Assembly (NCBI GenBank): GCA_965217185.1
Contig: OZ244252.1
Coordinates: 2,432,001-2,496,000 of the forward strand
Direction: 5' to 3'
DNA length: 64,000 nt
Origin: an uncultured Candidatus Entotheonella sp.
GTDB lineage: Bacteria > Tectomicrobia > Entotheonellia > Entotheonellales > Entotheonellaceae
Below the pieces are notes generated by a model, which was given only the letters and a program-made list of their open reading frames with translations, made no database searches and was not told where the DNA came from. Both the position numbers and the translations under genes were made by a program. The first letter of the stretch is position 1. Every line of letters starts with the position of its first letter. Below are positions 51,605 through 59,962 of this stretch, in pieces.

Positions 51605-52012
51605 TTATTTCACGGTGACGTGCAAGCGCCGTCCGATGGCTTCCAAAGCGGCATCCATCTGATCCAGCCGGGAATGGTGCCCTACGTCGAGCACCCGGTC
51701 GACCTGGGGCAAATGCCAGCCGACACGCCGGGCCAACTCGGCTTTTCCGATCCCTTGGGTTTTCATCCCCTGATAGAGCATGACCTTCACCGCCGTGAGG
51801 GTGGGAAGGATGGCGCGGACCTTGCCCCTGGAAGGCGTGGGAATGTCCTGACCCAGGTGAATGCGTGCCGCAATCGCCTCCTGGAGCGCGTGGCCGGCGC
51901 GTGCCAGTGCCTCATCACGGTCGTCCCCGAAGGTTGTGAGTTCCGGGAAATCCGGGGAAGTGGCGAGGACGGTATGGTCGTCGTCTTCGAGCTTGATTGG
52001 ATAGGACAGCAT
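51605..52012 (-). CDS. hicB: HicB-family antitoxin (no hicA adjacent)
   Basis: YPIKL..DD...SPDFPE..TFG..EAL; C-terminal HTH KAELARR. Confidence 0.8.
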   Translation of the reverse strand: MLSYPIKLEDDDHTVLATSPDFPELTTFGDDRDEALARAGHALQEAIAARIHLGQDIPTPSRGKVRAILPTLTAVKVMLYQGMKTQGIGKAELARRVGWHLPQVDRVLDVGHHSRLDQMDAALEAIGRRLHVTVK

Positions 52013-52065
52013 CAGTTCAACCTTCTTACAGCGATTTGCGTTCGCATGTTTGGTTTTCGCCGAAA

Positions 52066-52140
52066 GGGTGAGGCAGACATTCTTGTCTGCCCACGGAGGG
52101 CGGTCCCGCCCGCCACGCGGGCTGAAAGCCCGCGCCACCC
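52066..52140. repeat. two REP-like palindromes
   Basis: GGCAGACATTCTTGTCTGCC and CGCGGGCTGAAAGCCCGCG. Confidence 0.6.
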
Positions 52141-52222
52141 TGGAAGGCTACGGCGCTGCCACATTACCGTCGAGCCTGCCGTATCGTCATGCGAAAATTG
52201 CTCTAAGTCCTTGATTGTGGAT

Positions 52223-52253
52223 TGTCGGATTACGCTTCGCTAATCCGACCTAC
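52223..52253 (-). repeat. GTAG-type REP palindrome
   Basis: TGTCGGATTACGCTTCGCTAATCCGACCTAC; its GTAG supplies the helicase stop codon. Confidence 0.8.
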
Positions 52254-55213
52254 AGCTTTTCCCCGTGCACCAGTTTGTCGAGATCCCAATCCACCGGCAC
52301 GCGCAGACGGACTTCGCCTTTACGGTCGAACAGGAGATGGCCGTGGGTGAGGCCGTAGCGGAAGAGGTCGCGGGTGAGGTCGACGTCTTGCCTGCAGTAG
52401 GTTTCGATGAGGTCGAGGCGGCCCTCTTTGTACCATTGCAAGGCTTGCAAGCCGTCGGCGGATTTGGGGGTGTTGAGGGTGGCAGTGCCGAGGGCGTCGA
52501 GGCTGAGGCGATAGCCGAGTTGGGCGTGGACGTCGCGCAGGATGTCGAGGGTGTTGAGTTGGCCGAAGTCAAAGGGGGTGTAGCCGCGCAGCACGCTGTA
52601 ATCGAAGCCGATGACGTTGAAGCCGATCACCAGGTCGGCGCCTTGCAGGTGGTGCAGAAGGGCCTCCACGTCGTCCTCGAAGTAGGTGGTATGGGCTTGT
52701 TGGTGACTGTCCCAGACGATGCCGAGGGACATGCCCATGAGGTAGGCGCGGTTCCAGCCGCCGACTTCGGCGGCGCTGCGCTGGGTTTCGAGATCGAACA
52801 CCACCAGGTGCGGGCCTTGCGGGGGCGGCTCCGCCGGCGCGGTTTCAACGACTTCCCAGGCGGCGAACATGGGCGCCTCGTCGGCGTCTTCGACGGCTGG
52901 CTCGCTGCTGAGGTCGAGGCGCTCGCGGCCGGTCAGAATTCTCAGCAAGTGGATGCCGCCTGCCTTGTCGAGCGGCACGTTGCCGGCGCCGCAGGTGGGA
53001 AAGTGGATGCACGACGGGCAGCCGCGCTCGCAATCGCAGGTTTCGACCAGGGCCAGGGTCATGTCCAGCAGCCGGTCAAGCATTGCAAAGCCTTTCTCGG
53101 CCAGACCGATGCCGCCGGGGTAGTAGTCGTAGACGAAGATGGCGCCCTTGCCCAGCTGCGGGTGCAGCGGGTAGCAGATGCCGCCGACGTCGGTGCGATT
53201 GCTCAACGCCAGGAGCGGGTAGAGCGACTTCATGGCGTGCTCGATGGCGTGGATCGAGCCCATGGTGTGGAAGCCGTGCCGTTTCAGGTCTTGTTGGTAT
53301 TGCGGCTCCAATTCCAGCCAGAAGCCGATGGTCTCCAGATGCTGGACCGGCGATTCCAGTGGGTGCTGGCTGATCATGGCGCCGTCGCGCACGCGGATCT
53401 TCTCGTAGCCCACCACCTGGGAGCGCACCTTGAGGCGTCCCAGTTTGGACAGAAAGCCCGGCATCGGGCGCGAGCGCAGGGTGTCCAGGATTTCCGTTTC
53501 CTTGTCCGTCTTGGCGCGGGTGTAATACGGCACCTCGACCGCATCGGCGTGGATGTGCGCCTTGGCCGGGTCGCGTCCGGTGATGAGGTACTGGCGGCCG
53601 CGATGCAGGTAGACGGCGCCGTCGTGGCACTCGCCGTATACCTGCCCGCCGCTCACCGTGCCGATGGGCGCCCCGGTGCTGCGGTCGTACAGGGTCCACG
53701 ACGCGCCGATGCTGCGCAGATTGACCCGGCGGTGCGGCTGCTTGCGGGCGGCGTGCCACGAGTCGCCGTCGGCGCTCTGCAGGAGCACGCCGTCGCGCAC
53801 CAACTCGTCTACCGCCGTCTGCCAACCGGGGATTGCATACTCGGGCTCGTCGCGGCTCAACGGCGTCTCGCGGGCGGCGCACGCCAGGTGGTCCTTGAGG
53901 ATGTAGGCGTTGGCCGGGTCCACCACGGCATCCTCGACGCTGCGCCCGAGGAAGTGTTCGGGGTATTTGATGAGGAACTGATCGAGGGCGTCCCGGCCGG
54001 CGATGAGGACGATCAGCGCCTCGCGTCCGCCGCGCCCCACCCGCCCGGCGCGCTGCCAGGTATTGACGATGGAGCCGGGGTAGCCGACGAGAATGCACAC
54101 GTCCAGGTTGCCGATGTCGATGCCCAGTTCCAGGGCCGAGGTAGACACGACGCCGAGCAACTCGCCCGCATGCAGGGCGGCCTCGATCTGGCGCCGTTCC
54201 TCGGGCAGGTAGCCGGCGCGGTACGAGGAGATGACGTCGCGCAGTTCGGGATGCCGCTGCGTGGCCGAGCGGTAAATGAGTTCTGTAATCACCCGCGCCC
54301 GCGTGAAGACGATCGTGCGCAGCCCGTTCGTCACGCTCACCCGCAGCAGGCGCGCGGCCAGGGCCTGCGGGCTTTCGGGCGGATTGACGAACACCACGTG
54401 CCGTGCCGCGGCCGGGGCGCCATTGTCGGAAACGGTGTGAAACGGCCGGTTCGCCAGGGTGGTGGCCAGGTGCTCGGGGTTGCCGATGGTGGCCGAGCTG
54501 GTCATGTAAGCCGGCCGGCTGCCATACGCGGCGCACAGGCGGTTCAGCCGTCGCAGCAGGTGCAGCACGTGGGTGCCGAACACGCCGCTGTAGGTGTGCA
54601 GTTCGTCGATCACCACGTAGCGCAGCCGTGCAAAGAACCCTGCCCATGCCTCGTGGAAGGCCAGTAGCCCGGCGTGCAGCATGTCCGGCGTGGTGATGAG
54701 CACGTTCGGCGGCGCGGCGCGAATCTGCCGGCGCCGGTGTGCCGGGGTATCGCCATCGTAAATTTCGACGCTGAGGCCGCGGCCCAGGCGCTGTAGCAGG
54801 GTGTGCAGCTCGTCGTGCTGATCCTGCACCAGGGCCTTGAGCGGGAAGATATAGAGCGCGTGCGCTTCCGGGTGCTCCAGCAGCGTGGTGATCACCGGCA
54901 CGTTGTAGACCAGGGTCTTGCCGCTCGCCGTCGGCGTCGCCACCACGACGTTTTCGCCGTCGAGCGCCTTGCCGATGCCCTCGGCCTGATGGCTGTACAG
55001 GGACGCGACCCCGGCGGCTTGCAGGATGTCCGCCACCGCGGGCGGGAAACGGCGCAGCGGCGGTGCCAGCCGACGTGGCCGTGTCGGAAGGGTGGTGTGA
55101 TGAACGACGGTGTCCTGCAGCACGTGGGCCTTGAGGAACTCGACGTAATCGGCCATCGAGCCGGGCTGGGGCGCCGGGTTGGGAAAAACGTCGGGCAGGT
55201 TGCTGTCGCTCAC
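52250..55213 (-). CDS. DEAH helicase with DUF1998 Zn domain fused to RNase_H-like exonuclease (YprA/MrfA plus YprB/MrfB-like)
   Basis: TASGKT, DELH, SAT, QRAGRVGR, CDC..GCPSC, then VFDLETQ..GFN..FD..YCRQDV. Confidence 0.88.
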   Translation of the reverse strand: MSDSNLPDVFPNPAPQPGSMADYVEFLKAHVLQDTVVHHTTLPTRPRRLAPPLRRFPPAVADILQAAGVASLYSHQAEGIGKALDGENVVVATPTASGKTLVYNVPVITTLLEHPEAHALYIFPLKALVQDQHDELHTLLQRLGRGLSVEIYDGDTPAHRRRQIRAAPPNVLITTPDMLHAGLLAFHEAWAGFFARLRYVVIDELHTYSGVFGTHVLHLLRRLNRLCAAYGSRPAYMTSSATIGNPEHLATTLANRPFHTVSDNGAPAAARHVVFVNPPESPQALAARLLRVSVTNGLRTIVFTRARVITELIYRSATQRHPELRDVISSYRAGYLPEERRQIEAALHAGELLGVVSTSALELGIDIGNLDVCILVGYPGSIVNTWQRAGRVGRGGREALIVLIAGRDALDQFLIKYPEHFLGRSVEDAVVDPANAYILKDHLACAARETPLSRDEPEYAIPGWQTAVDELVRDGVLLQSADGDSWHAARKQPHRRVNLRSIGASWTLYDRSTGAPIGTVSGGQVYGECHDGAVYLHRGRQYLITGRDPAKAHIHADAVEVPYYTRAKTDKETEILDTLRSRPMPGFLSKLGRLKVRSQVVGYEKIRVRDGAMISQHPLESPVQHLETIGFWLELEPQYQQDLKRHGFHTMGSIHAIEHAMKSLYPLLALSNRTDVGGICYPLHPQLGKGAIFVYDYYPGGIGLAEKGFAMLDRLLDMTLALVETCDCERGCPSCIHFPTCGAGNVPLDKAGGIHLLRILTGRERLDLSSEPAVEDADEAPMFAAWEVVETAPAEPPPQGPHLVVFDLETQRSAAEVGGWNRAYLMGMSLGIVWDSHQQAHTTYFEDDVEALLHHLQGADLVIGFNVIGFDYSVLRGYTPFDFGQLNTLDILRDVHAQLGYRLSLDALGTATLNTPKSADGLQALQWYKEGRLDLIETYCRQDVDLTRDLFRYGLTHGHLLFDRKGEVRLRVPVDWDLDKLVHGEKL

Positions 55214-55366
55214 CTGGGTTCCTTGCGCGGGTGTGGTGGACTGAGCTGAAACACAGCGGTGTTCAGCCTACCGCCTTACTTCCGCCGGGGCAATATGGTA
55301 GTCTTTCGCGGCTGCCTGTATGCGGTACGCCCGTCCATGACGCGAATCTACAAGGGGAAAAGAGAG

Positions 55367-56005
55367 ATGGTCGAAGCGAAAGACGCGGTTGAGTTTTACT
55401 GGGACCCGGTTTGTCCCTGGTGTTGGATCACGGCCCGCTGGATGGAAGACGTCGGGCAGCACAAGGACATCAAGGTGCACTGGAAATTGTTCAGCCTGAA
55501 GAAAATCAACGAGGGCCGCGACCTGCCGCCGCAATTTGGCCCCCGGCACCTGATGGGACTGCGCGCCCTGCGCGTCGCCGCGGCGGTGCGGCAAGATCTC
55601 GGCGAGGAGGCAGTCGGCAAGCTGTACACCGTCATGGGCGCCCGTTGGCACCACGATGAGGTGGACATTGGCGAGGTGCCCGAGCTGGCATCCATCCTCG
55701 CGACCTGCGGCTTCTCCACGGATTTCGCCACCGCTGCGGACGACGAGGGATGGGACGAGGTGATCAAGAAGGACATGGAGAACGCCACCGCCAAAGCCGG
55801 CACCGACGTCGGCGTGCCGCTGATCGTTCTCGACGGCGGCAGCGGCCCCGGCTTTTTCGGCCCGGTGTTCAGCCCGGCGCCGACCGGACAGGCTGCCGTG
55901 GATCTGTGGGACGCCATGGTCCTTGCAGGCCGCACGGACGGCTTTTACGAGTTCAAGCGCACGCGCGAGACGGGTCCGATTTTTGCCGAGCGCCCCAGCG
56001 TTTAA
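55367..56005 (+). CDS. DsbA-like thiol oxidoreductase, Rv2466c-like
   Basis: FYWDPVCPWCWITARW, VGVP, FFGPV, FYEFKRTR. Confidence 0.8.
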   Translation: MVEAKDAVEFYWDPVCPWCWITARWMEDVGQHKDIKVHWKLFSLKKINEGRDLPPQFGPRHLMGLRALRVAAAVRQDLGEEAVGKLYTVMGARWHHDEVDIGEVPELASILATCGFSTDFATAADDEGWDEVIKKDMENATAKAGTDVGVPLIVLDGGSGPGFFGPVFSPAPTGQAAVDLWDAMVLAGRTDGFYEFKRTRETGPIFAERPSV

Positions 56006-56081
56006 CCCCCGCGGCGCCCTTCCTGAAGTCCGGCAGGGGGTGCAGCCGGCCCCCTGCCCCTTGCAAAGCAGATCAACCGCC

Positions 56082-56819
56082 ATGCCGCCTGACACGCCGC
56101 CAATGCCCCAGCGTCACCTGAAATTTTCGGGGACGTACAATTTCCGCGATGTCGGCGGCTATCCCGCCCGCAATGGCGGCACCACCCGCTGGCGCACCCT
56201 GTTCCGTTCCGACAGCCCGCACCGTCTGTCCGAGGCCGACCGCACCTCCCTTATCGAGTGTGGCTTGCGGACCGCAATCGATCTCAGGCAGGCCGAAGAA
56301 CTGACCGAGGCGCCCAACGTTTTTGCGGCGTCGGCTCACGTTACCTATCGCCACTTGCCGCTCCTGAACGACACCCCTGCCATGCCGGAAGTTCTACCGA
56401 CCCTCGTTGAGATATACCGCAGTATTCTGGACGACCGCAGCGAGCAGGTGGGCGCCGCGCTGGCAGCCCTGGCAACGCCGGGTGCCTTGCCGGCGGTGGT
56501 GAACTGCACGGCGGGCAAGGACCGCACCGGACTGATCGTGGCGCTGGTGCTCGGCCTCGCCGGGGTGCCGGAGGAGACCATCGTGGCGGATTATGCGTTG
56601 AGCGGTACTTGTCTGGCGGATGTCTATCTTGAAGAGGCCCGCCAGCGGGCCGAGGCGCAGGGCTTTTCGTATGACTTGTTGGTCCTGTGCGACCCCGACT
56701 TCATGCGGACGACGCTGGCGCATCTCAAGACACGCTACGGCGGCATCGAAGCGTATGTTCGGACGACCGGTCTGGGTGACGCGGAAATCGACCGATTGCG
56801 GCGGGCCATGGTGGCGTGA
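56082..56819 (+). CDS. protein tyrosine/serine phosphatase family protein
   Basis: NFRDVGG, LFRS, IDLR, NCTAGKDRTG, DY.LS. Confidence 0.85.
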   Translation: MPPDTPPMPQRHLKFSGTYNFRDVGGYPARNGGTTRWRTLFRSDSPHRLSEADRTSLIECGLRTAIDLRQAEELTEAPNVFAASAHVTYRHLPLLNDTPAMPEVLPTLVEIYRSILDDRSEQVGAALAALATPGALPAVVNCTAGKDRTGLIVALVLGLAGVPEETIVADYALSGTCLADVYLEEARQRAEAQGFSYDLLVLCDPDFMRTTLAHLKTRYGGIEAYVRTTGLGDAEIDRLRRAMVA

Positions 56820-56835
56820 GAGAGAGGAGAACGGC

Positions 56836-57519
56836 ATGAACGGCATTCACGACATGGGCGGCATGCACGGCTTCGGGCCTATAGAGCGGGAAGCGAACGA
56901 GCCGGTGTTCCACCACGACTGGGAGGGCCGGGTGTTCGCCATGCGGGTGGTGACGCCGGTGCCCATTCCGGGCGGCGCGCGCAACAACATCGAGAAAATG
57001 GAGCCGCTGCACTACCTGCGGTCGAGCTATTATGAGAAATGGCTGCACGCCCGCGTCAGGGGGCTCATCGACAGCGGCGTGCTGACCGCCGAGGAATTGC
57101 AGGCCCGGGAAACGCTCCACCGCGACCAGCCCGAAACCCCGATGCCGCGCCGTGAAGATGGGGAACGGGTTCGGACCGTGCTGGCGAACCTGCGCACGCA
57201 TCGCTCACCGCGCCGCGACGTGGACACACAGCCGCAGTTCGATATCGGCGACGCCGTGCGGGTCCGCAACCTGCACCCGCCCGGCCATACCCGTTTGCCC
57301 CGCTACGTGCGCGGCAAACGCGGCGTGGTGACGCGCTTTTACGGTTTCCAGGACGTGCAGGACGCGCAGCCGTCCGGTGTTGTCATCGAACCCCAGGCGG
57401 TGTACGCGGTCCGCTTGGCGGCCTCGGAACTTTGGGGAGACGCCGCGGAGGCCAACAGCACGGTCTGCATCGACATGTGGGAAAGCTATCTCGAACCGCT
57501 GGAGGATCAAGGCATATGA
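56836..57519 (+). CDS. nthB: nitrile hydratase beta subunit
   Basis: [37 protein letters not shown]. Confidence 0.95.
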   Translation: MNGIHDMGGMHGFGPIEREANEPVFHHDWEGRVFAMRVVTPVPIPGGARNNIEKMEPLHYLRSSYYEKWLHARVRGLIDSGVLTAEELQARETLHRDQPETPMPRREDGERVRTVLANLRTHRSPRRDVDTQPQFDIGDAVRVRNLHPPGHTRLPRYVRGKRGVVTRFYGFQDVQDAQPSGVVIEPQAVYAVRLAASELWGDAAEANSTVCIDMWESYLEPLEDQGI

Positions 57520-58118
57520 GCGGCACACACCACGACCACGCCGGAAGCGACGCCGACGTGGCGCTGCGCACCCAGGCCCTGGAGTCCCTGTTGGTCGAAA
57601 AGGGCCTCATCACCACCGACGTCATCGACGCCGTGGTGCGCACCTACGAGCAGGACGTCGGGCCGCTCAACGGCGCCAAGGTGGTGGCCCGCGCCTGGAC
57701 CGACCCCGCCTACAAGCAGCGCCTGCTGGCCGACGGCACCGCGGCGGTGGCGGAACTGGGATTCAGCGGCGCGCAGGGCGCCGACATCGTCGTGCTGGAG
57801 AACGCCCCAAGCGTGCACAACGTGGTGGTCTGTACCCTGTGCTCGTGCTACCCCTGGCCCGTTCTGGGGCTGCCGCCCGCCTGGTACAAGTCGTACGCCT
57901 ACCGCTCGCGGCTGGTCCGCGAGCCGCGAACGGTGCTGCGCGAGTTCGGCCTCGACCTGCCGGAAAGCATCGAGGTGCGCGTCTGGGACAGCAACTCCGA
58001 CATCCGCTACATGGTGCTGCCCGAACGACCGGCGGGCACGGAGCATCTGCGCGAAGACGAGCTCGTTCCCTTGGTCACCCGCGATGCGATGATCGGCACG
58101 GCGGTTGTGCGCGGGTGA
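57516..58118 (+). CDS. nthA: nitrile hydratase alpha subunit, cobalt type
   Basis: VCTLCSCY motif (Co-type), RYMVLP.RP. Confidence 0.95.
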   Translation: MSGTHHDHAGSDADVALRTQALESLLVEKGLITTDVIDAVVRTYEQDVGPLNGAKVVARAWTDPAYKQRLLADGTAAVAELGFSGAQGADIVVLENAPSVHNVVVCTLCSCYPWPVLGLPPAWYKSYAYRSRLVREPRTVLREFGLDLPESIEVRVWDSNSDIRYMVLPERPAGTEHLREDELVPLVTRDAMIGTAVVRG

Positions 58119-58212
58119 TGCGGAGCCCTGGACGCCTGTAGCGTGTTTGGGTAAATTTGCCACCCGCCAGGTACAACCTTGAAGGGCTCGTCTCAAATGG
58201 GAATGATGCAAC

Positions 58213-58623
58213 ATGCCACCACTAAAGACGTATGATTTGTTCATAAGCCACGCATGGAAATACGACGATGACTATTACAGACTCGTCAAACTGCTGGAAA
58301 ATGCAATTTACTTCAGGTGGAGAAATTACAGCGTCCCTCAGCATGACCCCCTTGACGCGAACAATACTCCACGACTTGCTGAGTCACTCAAACAGCAGAT
58401 CAGACCCGTAAATGTAGTGCTTATAATTTCAGGCATGTACGTGTATCACAGGGACTGGATTCAGTATGAAATTGAAGTAGCTCAAAGTTACCACAAGCCG
58501 ATCATCGGAATTGAGCCCTGGGGTTCTCAGCGCATTCCTACTGAAGTTCAGTTGGCCGCAATAGCAATGGTGGGGTGGCGCACAGATTCAGTCGTCACCG
58601 CGATTAGGGCACACGCGATATGA
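58213..58623 (+). CDS. TIR-domain protein (ThsB/DUF1863-like)
   Basis: YDLFISHAW, NYSVP, WIQYEI (catalytic-position Glu), KPIIGI, VGW. Confidence 0.85.
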   Translation: MPPLKTYDLFISHAWKYDDDYYRLVKLLENAIYFRWRNYSVPQHDPLDANNTPRLAESLKQQIRPVNVVLIISGMYVYHRDWIQYEIEVAQSYHKPIIGIEPWGSQRIPTEVQLAAIAMVGWRTDSVVTAIRAHAI

Positions 58624-59102
58624 AGCCCGACGAATACGGCGAAAAGTATCAGGACCATCTTCTGGAGCAGTACAAGCTCTTCGTCGAGATGGCGGATAGG
58701 GTGAGCCAGCGCAGGGAGCAATCAAACAGGTTTTACGTGACCTTCGTGTCCGCTATCGCCGGGCTCCTGATGGTACTGGCAAGATTTGGCACATCGGTCA
58801 ACGGTATCTGGCCTGTCGTGTTTCTGATAAGCGGGCTGCTCGGGACGGCCCTGTCGTTCATCTGGTTCCTCAATATCAAGTCCTGCCGGACCCTAAATTC
58901 AGCAAAGTTCGAGATCATCAATGATCTGGAGCGGCAACTGCCGTACCAGGGATATTCAAAGGAATGGGAACTGCTTCGTCCCGCAACCGGCTCTCCCAAA
59001 TACCTTCAGCTCACAAGAATCGAGCAGCTTGTACCTGCGGTCATCATTCTGCTTTTTCTTGGGGTAGCGGGATACGGCGCGTTTTTGCTGGTATGCCGTT
59101 AA
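58620..59102 (+). CDS. small 3-TM membrane protein, putative defence effector
   Basis: LEQYKLFVEMADRVSQRR..NRF, TM pair, LN.AKF.II..LE..LP, terminal TM; ATGA overlap with the TIR gene. Confidence 0.7.
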   Translation: MKPDEYGEKYQDHLLEQYKLFVEMADRVSQRREQSNRFYVTFVSAIAGLLMVLARFGTSVNGIWPVVFLISGLLGTALSFIWFLNIKSCRTLNSAKFEIINDLERQLPYQGYSKEWELLRPATGSPKYLQLTRIEQLVPAVIILLFLGVAGYGAFLLVCR

Positions 59103-59125
59103 CGTTACCAACGTGGAGACGATCA

Positions 59126-59491
59126 GTGTCTTCCAAACGCATAGACGAAACGCCCCACCGCCAAATAACCGAAATGCCGGGCGAGATGGCCCTGCCGCGG
59201 GAAAACGGTGAACTGGTTTTCGCCACGCCGTGGGAGGCGAGGGCGTTTGGCCTTGCGGTAGCCTTGCAGGAAAGTGGCGTTTATGAATGGCGGGAATTCA
59301 GCGCCGCCCTGGCAACGGAAATCGCCAGGGCGGAACAGGCGGGAAATTCGTCGACTTACTACGAACGCTGGCTTCTAAGCCTCGAAAAGCTTCTCACCGC
59401 CAATGGCTTGGTGACGCCGTCGGAAATCAGCGACCGCATGGCGTCACACGCCGCCCATGACGACCACGCAGATCACGGCCATGAGCCATAA
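59126..59491 (+). CDS. nitrile hydratase accessory/activator protein (P14K-like)
   Basis: LPRENGELVFATPWEARAF, W.EF, YYERWL..LE, His-rich tail. Confidence 0.88.
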   Translation: MSSKRIDETPHRQITEMPGEMALPRENGELVFATPWEARAFGLAVALQESGVYEWREFSAALATEIARAEQAGNSSTYYERWLLSLEKLLTANGLVTPSEISDRMASHAAHDDHADHGHEP

Positions 59492-59942
59492 ATCGGGTTC
59501 GCATGGTGTCATCCGATTTACCATCGGCTAGAGAAACTCCGCATCGGATTGAACCATGTGCGGACTGGGCTTCGAGTAGGTCGGGTTAGCCGTCGGCGTA
59601 ACCCGACATCGGAATCCTTCAGAGCGGCGAAATGTCGGATTACTAATCCGACCTACATCTACTTCTCACCGCCAGTGGCTTGGTGACGCCGTCGGAAATC
59701 AGCGACCGCGTGGGGCGTCACACGCCGCCCATGACGACCACGCAGATCACGGCCCTGAGCCATAAATCGGGTTCGCGTGGTGTCATCCGATTTACCATCG
59801 GCTAGAGAAACTCCGCATCGGATTGAATCATGTGCGGACTGGGCTTCGAGTAGGTCGGGTTAGCCGTCGGCGTAACCCGACATCGGAATCCTTCAGAGCG
59901 GCGGAATGTCGGATTACGCTTCGCTAATCCGACCTACATCTA
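59390..59942 (+). repeat. imperfect tandem duplication (272 bp + 281 bp), each copy ending in an inverted REP pair
   Basis: Copy 1 59390-59661, copy 2 59662-59942; REP pairs at 59576-59656 and 59850-59937. Confidence 0.92.
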
Positions 59943-59962
59943 CAGGTTGATGCGGAAATGTT

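Noticed and set aside
59390..59942. CRISPR array or diversity-generating retroelement TR/VR pair
   Set aside because: Two long units without unique spacers; no RT or cas genes; the A-containing copy is the coding one, opposite to DGR logic, and indels are present.
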